Shown here: positions 47,677 through 57,816 of the stretch, piece by piece
Layout: every line of letters starts with the position of its first letter
Position numbering within the stretch: position 1 is the stretch's first letter
NCBI GenBank assembly: GCA_001002135.1
Contig: LCLP01000001.1
Coordinates: 361,114-425,113, forward strand
DNA from: Candidatus Pacebacteria bacterium GW2011_GWA1_46_10
GTDB lineage: Bacteria; Patescibacteriota; Microgenomatia; UBA1400; PJMF01
Length of the DNA stretch: 64,000 nucleotides
Direction: 5' to 3'
The notes under the pieces: generated by a model
What the model saw: only the letters and a program-made list of their open reading frames with translations
What the model was told of the DNA's origin: nothing
Database searches by the model: none
Position numbers and translations under genes: made by a program

Positions 47677-49278
47677 ATGAAAAAACCGTGGCTACGCTTT
47701 GAGTTGACCAACAAACAATATTGGTGGGGGATAGGAGGAGTATTGTTGTTAGCGGCGGTTTTGCGGTTTTACCAGCTAGGCCAAGTGCCCCATGGCATGA
47801 CGTGGGATGAGGCTGCCATTGGCTATAACGGTTTTGCGATTTTTACTACCCGGCGTGATGAATGGCTTACCCGACTGCCGGTGTCGTTTTGGTCTTTTGG
47901 TGACTATAAGGCACCTCTGGCGATTTATGTGAATGGTCTCTTTACCGCTGTGTTTGGCATGACTTTATGGGCAGTGCGAGTGCCGTTTGCCTTGAGCGGG
48001 GTGGGGGTAGTGCTGGGAATGATTTATTTGACGCGAGTTGTTTTTGAACAAACAACCGAGAAACCCGGACGGATTCGTTTTTTGTCATTAGTGGCTGGTT
48101 TATTAATAGCTCTTTCACCCTGGCACCTGCATTTTTCCCGGATTGGTTTTGAATCAGGGATGGCGTTGTTATTTTACATTTGGGGAGGCTATTTTTTCTT
48201 AAAGGCTTTAACGGTGGGGAAACAGTGGCGAGTCACTGTCGATTTTCTGCTGTCAGTGATGAGTTTTGTGGCCAGTGTTTATACCTATCACAGTGCCAAG
48301 ATAGCGGCACCACTGTTCGTGTTTTGGTTGGTGATTCGGTATCGTCGTCAAGCGTTTAAGTATTGGCAAAATTTTGGGCTAGTTACTGTAGCTGGTCTGT
48401 TAGCTTTGCGTCCATTGATTGCTGACTCCTTTTATGGCAAAGGGTTAGAGCGAGCGGGGACGCTGATTGTTTCGCAAGGATATTCAGTGGCGAAAACAAT
48501 CCAGATTTTCTTGGCTCAATTTGCCACACACTTTTCGGCGTCATTTCTCCTACTGGGTGAGACAACCACTCTGCGCCACGGTGACGGGCGATGGGGAGTA
48601 CTTTTACCAACCACGTTGGTGTTGGTGTTATTGGCAGCGGTGTTTGGTTGGCGGAAAAAACAACTCCTTCAACCCTTTTGGTTTGGTATATGGCTGGTTT
48701 TAATCGGGATTTTGCCGGCGGCGCTGGCCATTGAGGTGCCGCACAGCAACCGCGCTTTACTGGCTCTGCCGGGATTTTTACTGCTGGCGATAGTTGGTCT
48801 GCGGTGGTTAATCACCAATCGATGGGCAGATGAGTGGAAAAAAATGGTGATAGGAGGTTTGGTGTTACTGCATGGTTTGTTTTTTGTCAGTTACCTGTAT
48901 CACTATTACACCTTGTTTGCCGCTCAGAGTGCGGCTGATTTTCAAGATGGCTATTTGGCAGCGTTTCGGTTTGCTCTCCCCTATGAAAGGGGAGAGGAGG
49001 GCAAACGTGAGGTCGATAAAATTATTTTTACCAGCGATTATGGTCAACCGTATATTTACGCGCTTTTTGTGAGACAAACCAATCCTATTTGGTATCAAGG
49101 TGGATCACTGGCTAAATATGAATTTAAAGATGAGGTGACGATCGGGGATTTAGAACGAGAAAATACACTGGTGGTCGCCAGCAACCAGGATGATTTACTT
49201 GGTGCTGGAACCAAGGCGGATAAAGTTATTAATGGCAGTGATGGCTCGCCGCGGTTTAGAATCTACTTACCAAAATGA
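47677..49278 (+). CDS. GT-C membrane glycosyltransferase, ArnT/PMT-like (paralog group A)
   Basis: MTWDEAAIGYNGFAIFTTRRDEWLTRLPVSFWSFGDYKAPLAIYV.... ATGA overlap with the next paralog. Confidence 0.65.
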   Translation: MKKPWLRFELTNKQYWWGIGGVLLLAAVLRFYQLGQVPHGMTWDEAAIGYNGFAIFTTRRDEWLTRLPVSFWSFGDYKAPLAIYVNGLFTAVFGMTLWAVRVPFALSGVGVVLGMIYLTRVVFEQTTEKPGRIRFLSLVAGLLIALSPWHLHFSRIGFESGMALLFYIWGGYFFLKALTVGKQWRVTVDFLLSVMSFVASVYTYHSAKIAAPLFVFWLVIRYRRQAFKYWQNFGLVTVAGLLALRPLIADSFYGKGLERAGTLIVSQGYSVAKTIQIFLAQFATHFSASFLLLGETTTLRHGDGRWGVLLPTTLVLVLLAAVFGWRKKQLLQPFWFGIWLVLIGILPAALAIEVPHSNRALLALPGFLLLAIVGLRWLITNRWADEWKKMVIGGLVLLHGLFFVSYLYHYYTLFAAQSAADFQDGYLAAFRFALPYERGEEGKREVDKIIFTSDYGQPYIYALFVRQTNPIWYQGGSLAKYEFKDEVTIGDLERENTLVVASNQDDLLGAGTKADKVINGSDGSPRFRIYLPK

Positions 49279-50984
49279 AAAAAATTTCTTGGTGGTTGGT
49301 ACTCATTACTCTTATCGCGTTGGCGTTTTTGAGCCGCGTTTTTCGAGTTACTCAGTCCCCTCCCTCGCCATATTGGGAAGAAGTAGCGCTTGGTTATGAC
49401 GCGTATTCAATTTTACAGACGGGGAGTGATCATCATGGCAACTGGTGGCCGGTGATTGCGTTTGAATCATTTGGTGACTGGAAGCCAAGCGGGTTTTTTT
49501 ATACGCTTGTCCCGTTTATCAAAGTATTTGGGCTGACTGTTTTTGCGGTTAGGTTACTTTCAGTCGTATCGGGAGTGGGGATAGTTGTTGGCGTAGGGGT
49601 GTTGATGCGTCAATATACAGAGCGACTTTTCAAGGCGCCAGAGCGGCGAACCTTGATTTTACTGACTCTTTTCTTGGCCGCCGTATCGCCATGGTTAATT
49701 CAATTTGCTCGAGCAGCCTGGGAAGTAAACTTGGCGACGTTGTGGTTGGTTTGGGGGGTGGTTTTTGGGCAGCAAGCGGTCAGCGTAGTCCAAACTCAGA
49801 AACTGCGATTTCTCTGGTTTACTGCTAGCATTTTGTTGCTGTTTGCCGCGATGTACACGTATCACAGTGCTCGATTGCTGGCGCCAGCGGTGGGGGGAGT
49901 GATTGCTTGGCAGTTTTTTCAAAAAGATCTTAAAGCTCGACGAAAAAATATTTGGTTGGTTGGGTACATTTTACCGCTGTTTTTGACGGCTTTCTTGTTG
50001 AGGCCGTTTACCAGCGCACTGGGGACGCCTGCCTTGGGTCAGCGCTTGGCAGAGACGAGTGTCTTGAGTGACTTGTCGGTCATTGAGGAGAGTAATCATT
50101 TGAAAGAATTAGCTGGTTACTCGCCACTCTCGCGAGTCATTTACCATCGTTACGTCCTTTTTGGTGGACGAGTAGCCAGTCAGTTTTTCTCCCACTTTCG
50201 ACCCGACTTTTTATTCATCACTGGAGACGCTAATGGCCGTCACTCCACTCAGTATTTTGGGTTATTGTATCCTTTTGAAATAGTGTTTTTGACGATTGGT
50301 GGTTGGTGGTTGGTTGGCCAAATGAGAAAAGAACATCGACAACTAGTAGTTGTTTGGCTGGTGGCGGGTATTTTACCCTCAAGTTTCACGACCGGCGCGC
50401 CGCACGCCTTGCGAATTTTACCCACCGCGCCGTTGTTTTTGTTGGCGAGTGCTTTAGGTGTTTGGTTAACCAGTTATTGGTTGGCGCACCAAGCCAGTAT
50501 GTTATGGCCACCTGTGAGACGGCTCAAAATGATGTGGTTGGGCTGTTTTGTGTTGATCTATGCGGGCTTTTTTGTAGCTTTTTACCGGCATTTGTTGGTG
50601 GTTTACCCCAAACGCTTTGCCAATGAATGGCAGTACGGTTATCAGGCAATGGTGGAGGCAGTGGAACGGGCACGAACAGAAAACCCTGATTTACCAATTT
50701 TTATTACTCGTGAGCAAGGCAGGCCAGCCATGTATTACTGGTTTTACACTCAAACTGATCCGCGACTGGTTCAAGCAGCAGACGCCACAGTCAAACAAGA
50801 TCAAGGTGAATACTTAGAGTTTCAAAACCTGCATTTTGTACGCAGTTTAGACGAGGTGACTACTACTCCAGCTCTGGTGGCTGGTTCTCCAGGTGAGGTA
50901 GCTAAGTTTGACGGTCTTGAAGCGGTCACTACCATCGCTGATTTTGACGGTAAAGTAATCTGGCAGGTAGCACGAATCGATTAG
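49275..50984 (+). CDS. GT-C membrane glycosyltransferase, ArnT/PMT-like (paralog group A, tandem duplicate)
   Basis: PYWEEVALGYDAYSILQTGSDHHGNWWPVIAFESFGDWKPSGFFY.... Confidence 0.65.
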   Translation: MKKISWWLVLITLIALAFLSRVFRVTQSPPSPYWEEVALGYDAYSILQTGSDHHGNWWPVIAFESFGDWKPSGFFYTLVPFIKVFGLTVFAVRLLSVVSGVGIVVGVGVLMRQYTERLFKAPERRTLILLTLFLAAVSPWLIQFARAAWEVNLATLWLVWGVVFGQQAVSVVQTQKLRFLWFTASILLLFAAMYTYHSARLLAPAVGGVIAWQFFQKDLKARRKNIWLVGYILPLFLTAFLLRPFTSALGTPALGQRLAETSVLSDLSVIEESNHLKELAGYSPLSRVIYHRYVLFGGRVASQFFSHFRPDFLFITGDANGRHSTQYFGLLYPFEIVFLTIGGWWLVGQMRKEHRQLVVVWLVAGILPSSFTTGAPHALRILPTAPLFLLASALGVWLTSYWLAHQASMLWPPVRRLKMMWLGCFVLIYAGFFVAFYRHLLVVYPKRFANEWQYGYQAMVEAVERARTENPDLPIFITREQGRPAMYYWFYTQTDPRLVQAADATVKQDQGEYLEFQNLHFVRSLDEVTTTPALVAGSPGEVAKFDGLEAVTTIADFDGKVIWQVARID

Positions 50985-51001
50985 GTTGGCTATAATTTTA
51001 C

Positions 51002-52753
51002 TTGATGATTACAGAAGTTCTCACGCAAGCACTGAGCAGTGCCCTGGCTGATTATGGGGTAAAAAAGGCTGTCGTTAGTCTGGAGCATCCAGTGGAAGAA
51101 CAATTTGGTGACTGGAGCAGTAACGCGGCGCTCCAATACATCAAGCAGGTAACACAGTTTGCTCAACCCAAAGAGTTGGCGACTGCTTTAGTGGGAAAAC
51201 TTCAACAAACTTTAAAGACGAATCCTGCCATCGAATCAGTCAGCGTGGCTGGACCTGGATTTATCAACTTTACCTTAAGTCAATCATATTGGCTAAGCCA
51301 ACTGGAGCGGCTGGGAGCGGTCAAAGACGCTCGAGAACTTATCGCGCACAGTGGCGCGGGAAAAACAGCGATTATAGAGTACTCATCGCCAAACATTGCC
51401 AAACCATTTACAGTTGGTCACTTGCGCTCGACGATCATTGGCGATGCTATTGCCAATCTCTATGAAGCGTTGGGTTGGCAGGTACATCGAGATAACCACG
51501 TTGGTGACTGGGGGACTCAATTTGGCAAACTGTTGTATGCGCTCACTACCTGGGGAGATAGAGTAACCATCGCCAAATCAGCCCGACCAATCAAAGCACT
51601 GGTGGAGCTCTACGTTCAGTTTCATCAGGCAGCGGCGGAAAATCCAGCATTGGAAGATTACGGCCGGGAGTGGTTTAAAAGACTAGAGGATGGTGACAAA
51701 GAAGCGCGTGAATTATGGCAGTGGTGTGTTGATCTCTCTTGGCAGGAGTTTGATCGGATCTACCAGCAGTTGAATATCAAGTTTACCGAAAATAATGGGC
51801 GGGGATACGGTGAATCGTTTTTTGAGAACAGAATGGATCAAGTAATCGAGATTCTTGAAGAAAAACTCCCTCAAGAGCAGCTGGAAACTCATGGGGGATA
51901 TTATGGCGAGGGCGAGGATGGGGCCAAGCTGGTCTTTTTTAAAAATGAAGCACTCCCCTCTTTAATGATTCTTAAAAAGGATGGTGCCACACTGTATTCC
52001 ACCCGTGATTTGGCCACTGATTACTTTCGACTCCAACACTATGACTCCCCTACCCTCATCATTAATGAGGTGGGAGCAGAACAAACTTTATACTTCAAAC
52101 AGCTTTTTAGGGTAGAGGAAATGTTGGGGTGGTACCAATCGGGACAACGGGTGCATGTACGTCATGGTTTATATCGTTTTAAAGACAAAAAAATGTCTAC
52201 TCGGAAAGGGGAGGTGATTTGGTTGGAAGAAGTCATTCATGAAGCTCATAAGCGCGCACTAGTTTTGTCCAAAGGGAATGAAGCGAGTGCGGCGGCAGTG
52301 GCGATTGGGGCGTTGAAATGGAACGACTTGAAAAGTGAAGCGGCTAGAGACATTGTCTTTGATTGGCAAGCAATGCTGAGTATGAAAGGAAACTCCGGTC
52401 CTTACGTGCAGTACGCAGCGGTCAGAGCTCAAAGTGTATTGGCTAAGGCAGCTAAAACGAAGACTGCCTTGTCAAATACCTATCAATTTAATCCTCAAGA
52501 AATGGTCCTAATACGTCAGCTCGATCGTTTTGCTGAGACGGTTGAGCAAGCGGCAGGTGAGTACGCCCCGCATCATTTGGCAAGTTTTTTATTTGAACTG
52601 GCACAGCGTTTTAATGTTTTTTATAACCACCAGCCGATTCTTAAGGCTCAAGCAGAGAAACGGGTGGTACGCTTATCACTTACTCAAGCGACTGCTCGCA
52701 TATTAAGAGCTGGTTTGAAGTTGCTTGGAATCGACACACCAGAGGAAATGTAG
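51002..52753 (+). CDS. argS: arginine--tRNA ligase
   Basis: YSSPNIAKPFTVGHLRSTIIGDAIANL (HIGH-region equivalent), HVGDWGTQFGKL, and the KMSTRKG (KMSK-type) motif. 583 aa. Confidence 0.9.
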   Translation: MMITEVLTQALSSALADYGVKKAVVSLEHPVEEQFGDWSSNAALQYIKQVTQFAQPKELATALVGKLQQTLKTNPAIESVSVAGPGFINFTLSQSYWLSQLERLGAVKDARELIAHSGAGKTAIIEYSSPNIAKPFTVGHLRSTIIGDAIANLYEALGWQVHRDNHVGDWGTQFGKLLYALTTWGDRVTIAKSARPIKALVELYVQFHQAAAENPALEDYGREWFKRLEDGDKEARELWQWCVDLSWQEFDRIYQQLNIKFTENNGRGYGESFFENRMDQVIEILEEKLPQEQLETHGGYYGEGEDGAKLVFFKNEALPSLMILKKDGATLYSTRDLATDYFRLQHYDSPTLIINEVGAEQTLYFKQLFRVEEMLGWYQSGQRVHVRHGLYRFKDKKMSTRKGEVIWLEEVIHEAHKRALVLSKGNEASAAAVAIGALKWNDLKSEAARDIVFDWQAMLSMKGNSGPYVQYAAVRAQSVLAKAAKTKTALSNTYQFNPQEMVLIRQLDRFAETVEQAAGEYAPHHLASFLFELAQRFNVFYNHQPILKAQAEKRVVRLSLTQATARILRAGLKLLGIDTPEEM

Positions 52754-52777
52754 CGGTAATTCTGCTACGATGGTGGC

Positions 52778-54445
52778 ATGCCAAATTGGCGTTTTCTGTT
52801 AGCAGTGGGGCTTGTCTTTTTATTGGCAATTGCTTTGCGCTTCTATCTTTTGGGGAGAGTGCCGGTTTCTTTGTATTGGGATGAAACAGCGATTTTAGTT
52901 GATGCTCGTAGCATCGCCGCTACTGGTCAAGACATGCACGGCAACTCTTGGTTGCAGGCAATTCTTCCGTCGTATGGGGACTATAAACTGCCGGTGTTGA
53001 TTTGGTTGGCGAGTTTAAGTGTCAAGCTACTGGGCGCTACTGAGTTGGCTGTTCGTCTGCCGAGTGCCTTGAGTGGAATCTTGACCATGATTTTTGGAGG
53101 GTTGATTGCCGGGGAGTTGTTGGTTTCGACTAAAAAATTGAGGTGGTGGCTGTTTGTGCTCACTGCGGCGGTGATCGCGATCGCGCCCTGGAGTGTGTTA
53201 TTTTCTCGGACCGGTTTTGAGGGTCACGTGGGTCAGTTATTGTTGGCAGTAAGTATTTGGTGTGCCCTGAAGGCCAGAAAGCAATGGGGCTGGGGGATTT
53301 TAGCGGCGCTGATTGGCGGCCTGGCCACCTACACGTACTTTTCGATTCGTTTTGTGTGGCCGGTGGTGTTTTTCTTAGTGGTAACTCTTTTTACCGTCAA
53401 GAAAACTTGGCGCTCGTTTTTACTTCAGCTTGTTGTGCCGTTCTTACTCTACGCTGTGAGTCTGCGGCCGATGTATCAGTCGCCTTTGTATGAGGCAAGC
53501 AACCAGTTTCGTTTGAGTGCTACTTCTGTTTTGAATATGGCTGATTGGCCAATCGTCGCTAATGAATATAAACTGCCAGCCGGCAACACCCTGCTTGATA
53601 AAGCGATGTACCACCCATGGGTCTTGATTAGCCGAGAATTGGCGAAAAATTACGCCGACAACTTATCATTTGATTTTCTGTTTTTAACTGGTGATCCTAA
53701 TTTACGGCATGGGACGGGCCGCCACGGACTCTTTTTATGGCCGTTTTTCCTGCCTTTGGTGTATGGTTGGTACACCCTGTTTCCCAAGTTTTGGCGGCAG
53801 GGCGTATTACTGTTGGGTTGGTGGCTGGTGGCTTTACTGCCGGCCTCGGTGCCGGAAACGACTCCTCATGCCTTGCGCTCGCTTAATGCCTTAATGCCGC
53901 TTTCTCTCGTCATCGCCTGGGGCGTGTGGCAGTGGTGGCGGGTGACCTGGCAAGCTCGTCAACGCCAATGGTTGGAAAAAGGAATTTTTTTGGTTTGGAG
54001 TATGGCAGTCGGTTTAGCGCTTTTCGATTTTGTCACGTATTATTTTCAAGTGTACCCAGCCTTGTCAGCCAAAGAGTGGCAAGACGGATATAAAGCAGTG
54101 GCCCATGAAGCGTGGGTTAATCGAGCAGATATGGATGTAGTTTGGGTAGAGCCGTTTGACCCTCGTTTTTACTTGTGGTTGTTGGCATATGAAGTGCCGG
54201 TACAAGAGTATCGTCAAATCTCTTTTAATAATTACATGCCCGAAGCGATTGAAAACATTCGTTTTCGCTGGTTTGACTGGGGAAAACTGCCGACTTTAAG
54301 TGAAAAAACCATGCTGTTGGCTCGCAAAGACTTGATTGACTGGAATCTGGAGACTGCTGCCTATCCGCCGCGGTGGTATAAACCACTAGTTCGTGCTGAT
54401 AAAGTGGCAGAGTTTGCCGCGGTGTACTTTGAGAAAGTTGAGTGA
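52778..54445 (+). CDS. GT-C membrane glycosyltransferase, ArnT/PMT-like (paralog group A)
   Basis: LYWDETAILVDARSIAATGQDMHGNSWLQAILPSYGDYKLPVLIW.... Confidence 0.65.
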   Translation: MPNWRFLLAVGLVFLLAIALRFYLLGRVPVSLYWDETAILVDARSIAATGQDMHGNSWLQAILPSYGDYKLPVLIWLASLSVKLLGATELAVRLPSALSGILTMIFGGLIAGELLVSTKKLRWWLFVLTAAVIAIAPWSVLFSRTGFEGHVGQLLLAVSIWCALKARKQWGWGILAALIGGLATYTYFSIRFVWPVVFFLVVTLFTVKKTWRSFLLQLVVPFLLYAVSLRPMYQSPLYEASNQFRLSATSVLNMADWPIVANEYKLPAGNTLLDKAMYHPWVLISRELAKNYADNLSFDFLFLTGDPNLRHGTGRHGLFLWPFFLPLVYGWYTLFPKFWRQGVLLLGWWLVALLPASVPETTPHALRSLNALMPLSLVIAWGVWQWWRVTWQARQRQWLEKGIFLVWSMAVGLALFDFVTYYFQVYPALSAKEWQDGYKAVAHEAWVNRADMDVVWVEPFDPRFYLWLLAYEVPVQEYRQISFNNYMPEAIENIRFRWFDWGKLPTLSEKTMLLARKDLIDWNLETAAYPPRWYKPLVRADKVAEFAAVYFEKVE

Positions 54446-56004
54446 TGAAAAAACATTTTTGGCTGGCATTAATTTTGGCAGTGGCTTTGGTGATGCGTGT
54501 CTGGCGAGTTGGGAATTTGCCGGCGATCTTAAACCGTGATGAAGCAGCGGTAGCTTATAACGCGTATTTGCTGATGGAAACGGGGAAAGATGAATGGGGT
54601 CGTCGTTGGCCGTTAGCGCTAGAGTCGTTTGGCGACTATAAACTGTCAGGGTATTCGGTGGTTTTAGTCCCGTTTTTTCAGCTGTTTGGGCTTCATGATT
54701 GGGTGGTGCGTTTGCCATCGGTGATGGCCGGTACAGTCTTGGTTTATTTATTGTATTTATTGGGAAAGAAACTGAAGTTAGGTGAACAGTACGCGCTGTT
54801 ATTAGCTCTCTTGGCAGCGGTGGCACCAGTCTTTGTTTTTTACTCGCGAATGGCCTTTGAGGCCAATCTCGGCTTAACCTTTTTTGTTGGCGCACTGCTG
54901 GTGTTGTGGTGCTTAAAGGACCAGACAAAAAAATGGCAGTATCCGCTTTTATTCCTCTTGCTTTTGTCGGCGGTCTTGACGTATAACACGCCGCTTTTAT
55001 TGTTGCCGTTAGTCATGGTGTGGGTTGGTTTGACCTATGACTGGCGTCAATGGGGGAAGCTAGTCGCCACGGAAGGCATTTTGGGGGGAGTATTGCTGTT
55101 TGGGGTGCTCGCGCTTTGGCCAGTCACTGCTCAAAAGAGCGGTATTACCATTTTTACCGATGAGACGGTTTGGAGTCAGTGGACGATTTTTCGCGGGTCA
55201 TTGTCACTGTTCTGGCAACCACTGATCGGCAGCCGGTCTTTTTATTACCTGGTCATTATGCTGCAAAACTTTTTCAATTCTTTTTCTTTCAACTTTCTCA
55301 GTTTAAGGGGTGGGACGCATCCTTGGCATAGTTTGCCGACAACTGGTCACTTGGCAACTGTTACTTATTTACTGGGGTTGTTGGGTATTTTCAAGACGAG
55401 TGCTACTGTTTGGCTTGGTCGGCGAAAGCTTCGTGCGATCAAAAGCGAGCTTGGTCTGCTGTTTTTGCTGATTGCCTCACTGCTGCCGGCCATTATCACT
55501 GTTGACGCGCCGCACGCTACCAGAAGTCTCCTCTTTTTTGTCTTGTGGCATGTCTTGGCGGTATGGGGGGCGGTCTGGTTAATCAAGGTATTTTTTCAAA
55601 AGAATAGCAGTGCCGCGTGGCGATGGCTACTTTTTTTAGTGGTTGTTGAGGGGCTATTGCATGCCTATCAGTTATTTGGCTTGTACCCCAATCAACAGAC
55701 GGTTTTTCAACCTGGTTTTGATCAGGTAATTCAACGAGTTGAGCGAGAGCACGGGGCGGAGAACGTGGCGATCGTTGATCCGACCGGGTATTGGTATATT
55801 TTAACAGCTTGGTACTTGCAGCTTTCGCCGGCCGTGTATTTTGAAACTGCTGTCCGACAACTACCAGACCCGATTGGTTTTCGCTATGGCGAGCGTGTCG
55901 GCCGGTACCATTTTATTGCTCGGCCCGATGACCGCTCAAGTGGGGAGACAGTCTTGGTACAATGGTCTGACCAAGCGAGTGCTTGGCAAATCGAGGAGAA
56001 CTAA
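54442..56004 (+). CDS. GT-C membrane glycosyltransferase, ArnT/PMT-like (paralog group A, tandem duplicate)
   Basis: LNRDEAAVAYNAYLLMETGKDEWGRRWPLALESFGDYKLSGYSV.... ATGA overlap with the upstream paralog. Confidence 0.65.
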   Translation: MMKKHFWLALILAVALVMRVWRVGNLPAILNRDEAAVAYNAYLLMETGKDEWGRRWPLALESFGDYKLSGYSVVLVPFFQLFGLHDWVVRLPSVMAGTVLVYLLYLLGKKLKLGEQYALLLALLAAVAPVFVFYSRMAFEANLGLTFFVGALLVLWCLKDQTKKWQYPLLFLLLLSAVLTYNTPLLLLPLVMVWVGLTYDWRQWGKLVATEGILGGVLLFGVLALWPVTAQKSGITIFTDETVWSQWTIFRGSLSLFWQPLIGSRSFYYLVIMLQNFFNSFSFNFLSLRGGTHPWHSLPTTGHLATVTYLLGLLGIFKTSATVWLGRRKLRAIKSELGLLFLLIASLLPAIITVDAPHATRSLLFFVLWHVLAVWGAVWLIKVFFQKNSSAAWRWLLFLVVVEGLLHAYQLFGLYPNQQTVFQPGFDQVIQRVEREHGAENVAIVDPTGYWYILTAWYLQLSPAVYFETAVRQLPDPIGFRYGERVGRYHFIARPDDRSSGETVLVQWSDQASAWQIEEN

Positions 56005-56795
56005 TGATTTCGGTTGTGTTAGCCACCTATAACGAAGCAGCTAATTTGGCTCGCTGTTTGGTGTCGGTCGACTCCTTTGCCGATGAAATTATTGTGGTGG
56101 ATGGCAGTTCAACTGATGACACTCGCCGCATTGCTAAAAAATTTGGCGCCAAAGTAATCAAGACAACGAATAAATTAAACTTTCATATCAACAAACAAAT
56201 GGCGATGGACCGGGCAAAAGGCGAGTTGGTGTTGCAGATTGACGCTGATGAAGTGGTTGATGAGGAGCTGGCGCGGTTTATCCGATCGGTGGAGAAACAA
56301 CGCCGAAAGTCGTCGTTGGCGACGGCGGCTTGGTGGATCAGGCGAAAAAATCTTTTTCTTGGGCGCTGGTTGACGAAAGGAGGTCAGTATCCTGATCCAG
56401 TAATCAGACTCTATATCAATGGACGAGCCAAGTTACCCCAAGCTGATGTGCACGAGCAAATGGCAGTGGACGGGCCGCTTGGCTGGGCTAACGGTCACCT
56501 GCAACACTATGCCAACCCGACTTTTACCGATTACGTGCGCAAGTTTAATACCTATACTTCTTTTCGAGCACAGTTGTGGGCTAAGGAGGGCTGGCGATTA
56601 TCACTATGGCGGTCGGTCTACTACTTACTGTGGAAGCCAATCGAGATCTTTCTTTCCCTTTACGTGCGTCATAAAGGATTCTCTGATGGGTACCCAGGTT
56701 TTGTGTTTGCTCTAATGAGTGGTCTTCACTACCCAGTGGCTTACCTTAAATGGTGGGAAATAAAACAAGGAAAAAGGCGTGAAAGTACGTATTAA
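56004..56795 (+). CDS. glycosyltransferase family 2
   Basis: MISVVLATYNEAANLARCL...VVDGSSTDDT...IDADE. ATG 56004 forms a TAATG overlap with the upstream stop; Shine-Dalgarno sequence GAGGAG. Confidence 0.75.
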   Translation: MISVVLATYNEAANLARCLVSVDSFADEIIVVDGSSTDDTRRIAKKFGAKVIKTTNKLNFHINKQMAMDRAKGELVLQIDADEVVDEELARFIRSVEKQRRKSSLATAAWWIRRKNLFLGRWLTKGGQYPDPVIRLYINGRAKLPQADVHEQMAVDGPLGWANGHLQHYANPTFTDYVRKFNTYTSFRAQLWAKEGWRLSLWRSVYYLLWKPIEIFLSLYVRHKGFSDGYPGFVFALMSGLHYPVAYLKWWEIKQGKRRESTY

Positions 56796-57816
56796 CGTAA
56801 CACCGCTCTCCTCGGGCCACGCCATCAGGGGGGTGGGTATGTATACTCGTTTTCTCAGTGAGGCTTTGGAGCGCCAAAAAGGTATTGAGATCTTTCACTC
56901 CGGTTTGGAGAACCAACCAACTAAGGTGGACGTTGTTCACTATCCTTTTTTTGACCTTTTTTTTCCAACACTGCCAATTCTCAAAGGGACGAGCACCGCG
57001 GTCACGATTCACGACGTTATTCCGTTGTTGTTTGCTGATCACTATCCGGTAGGAAAAAAAGGTACTTTAGGTTTAGCCCACCAAAAACTCGCTCTCAAAA
57101 CTGTGGCAGCAGTGATTACCGATTCCGAAGTTTCCAAACGCGATATTATCACTCACCTTGGAGTGCCAGCGGAAAAAATACATGTGGTTTATTTAGCTGC
57201 TAACCCGTTTTTACACCAAATCAGCGGGAAAGCCTTGATCGCTGCTTCGCGCAAGCTTCATCTTCCTAAGCGCTATATCTTGTACGTTGGAGACATCAAC
57301 TACAACAAAAATCTGCCGCAACTCATTAAAGCACTGAAATTTTTGCCGCCTGAACTCAAATTGATCTGTGTTGGCAAGAATTTTACGCCGCAGCCGATTC
57401 CTGAGTGGCAAGCCATCGAGGCTCAAGTAGCTTTGAGCAATGTCGGCAAACAGATCGTGTTTATGCCCCAAGTTTTGAGCGATGATTATGAGGCGCTCTC
57501 GGCTGTTTACTCTGGGGCGGTCGCCTATGTTCAGCCATCGCTCTATGAAGGTTTTGGTTTACCGGTGCTGGAAGCCATGCGCTGCGGCACACCGGTGGTG
57601 GCGGCCCGAAACTCTTCTTTGCAGGAAATTGGTGATGAGGCAGTGCTTTTTACTGGCAATACAGCCGAAGAATTAGCTGGCAGTATTGAAGAATTATTAA
57701 GTTTTTCCAACCACCAGCGCGTCCAACTCATCAAAAAGGCTTCTCATTGGGAGCAACAATTTACTTGGGATAAGACGGCTCAGCAAACGATTGAAGTGTA
57801 TAAAAAAATGCTATGA
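56779..57816 (+). CDS. glycosyltransferase family 4 (GT-B fold)
   Basis: 345 aa. C-terminal EGFGLPVLEAMRCGTPVV GT4 signature. Confidence 0.7.
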   Translation: MKVRINVTPLSSGHAIRGVGMYTRFLSEALERQKGIEIFHSGLENQPTKVDVVHYPFFDLFFPTLPILKGTSTAVTIHDVIPLLFADHYPVGKKGTLGLAHQKLALKTVAAVITDSEVSKRDIITHLGVPAEKIHVVYLAANPFLHQISGKALIAASRKLHLPKRYILYVGDINYNKNLPQLIKALKFLPPELKLICVGKNFTPQPIPEWQAIEAQVALSNVGKQIVFMPQVLSDDYEALSAVYSGAVAYVQPSLYEGFGLPVLEAMRCGTPVVAARNSSLQEIGDEAVLFTGNTAEELAGSIEELLSFSNHQRVQLIKKASHWEQQFTWDKTAQQTIEVYKKML

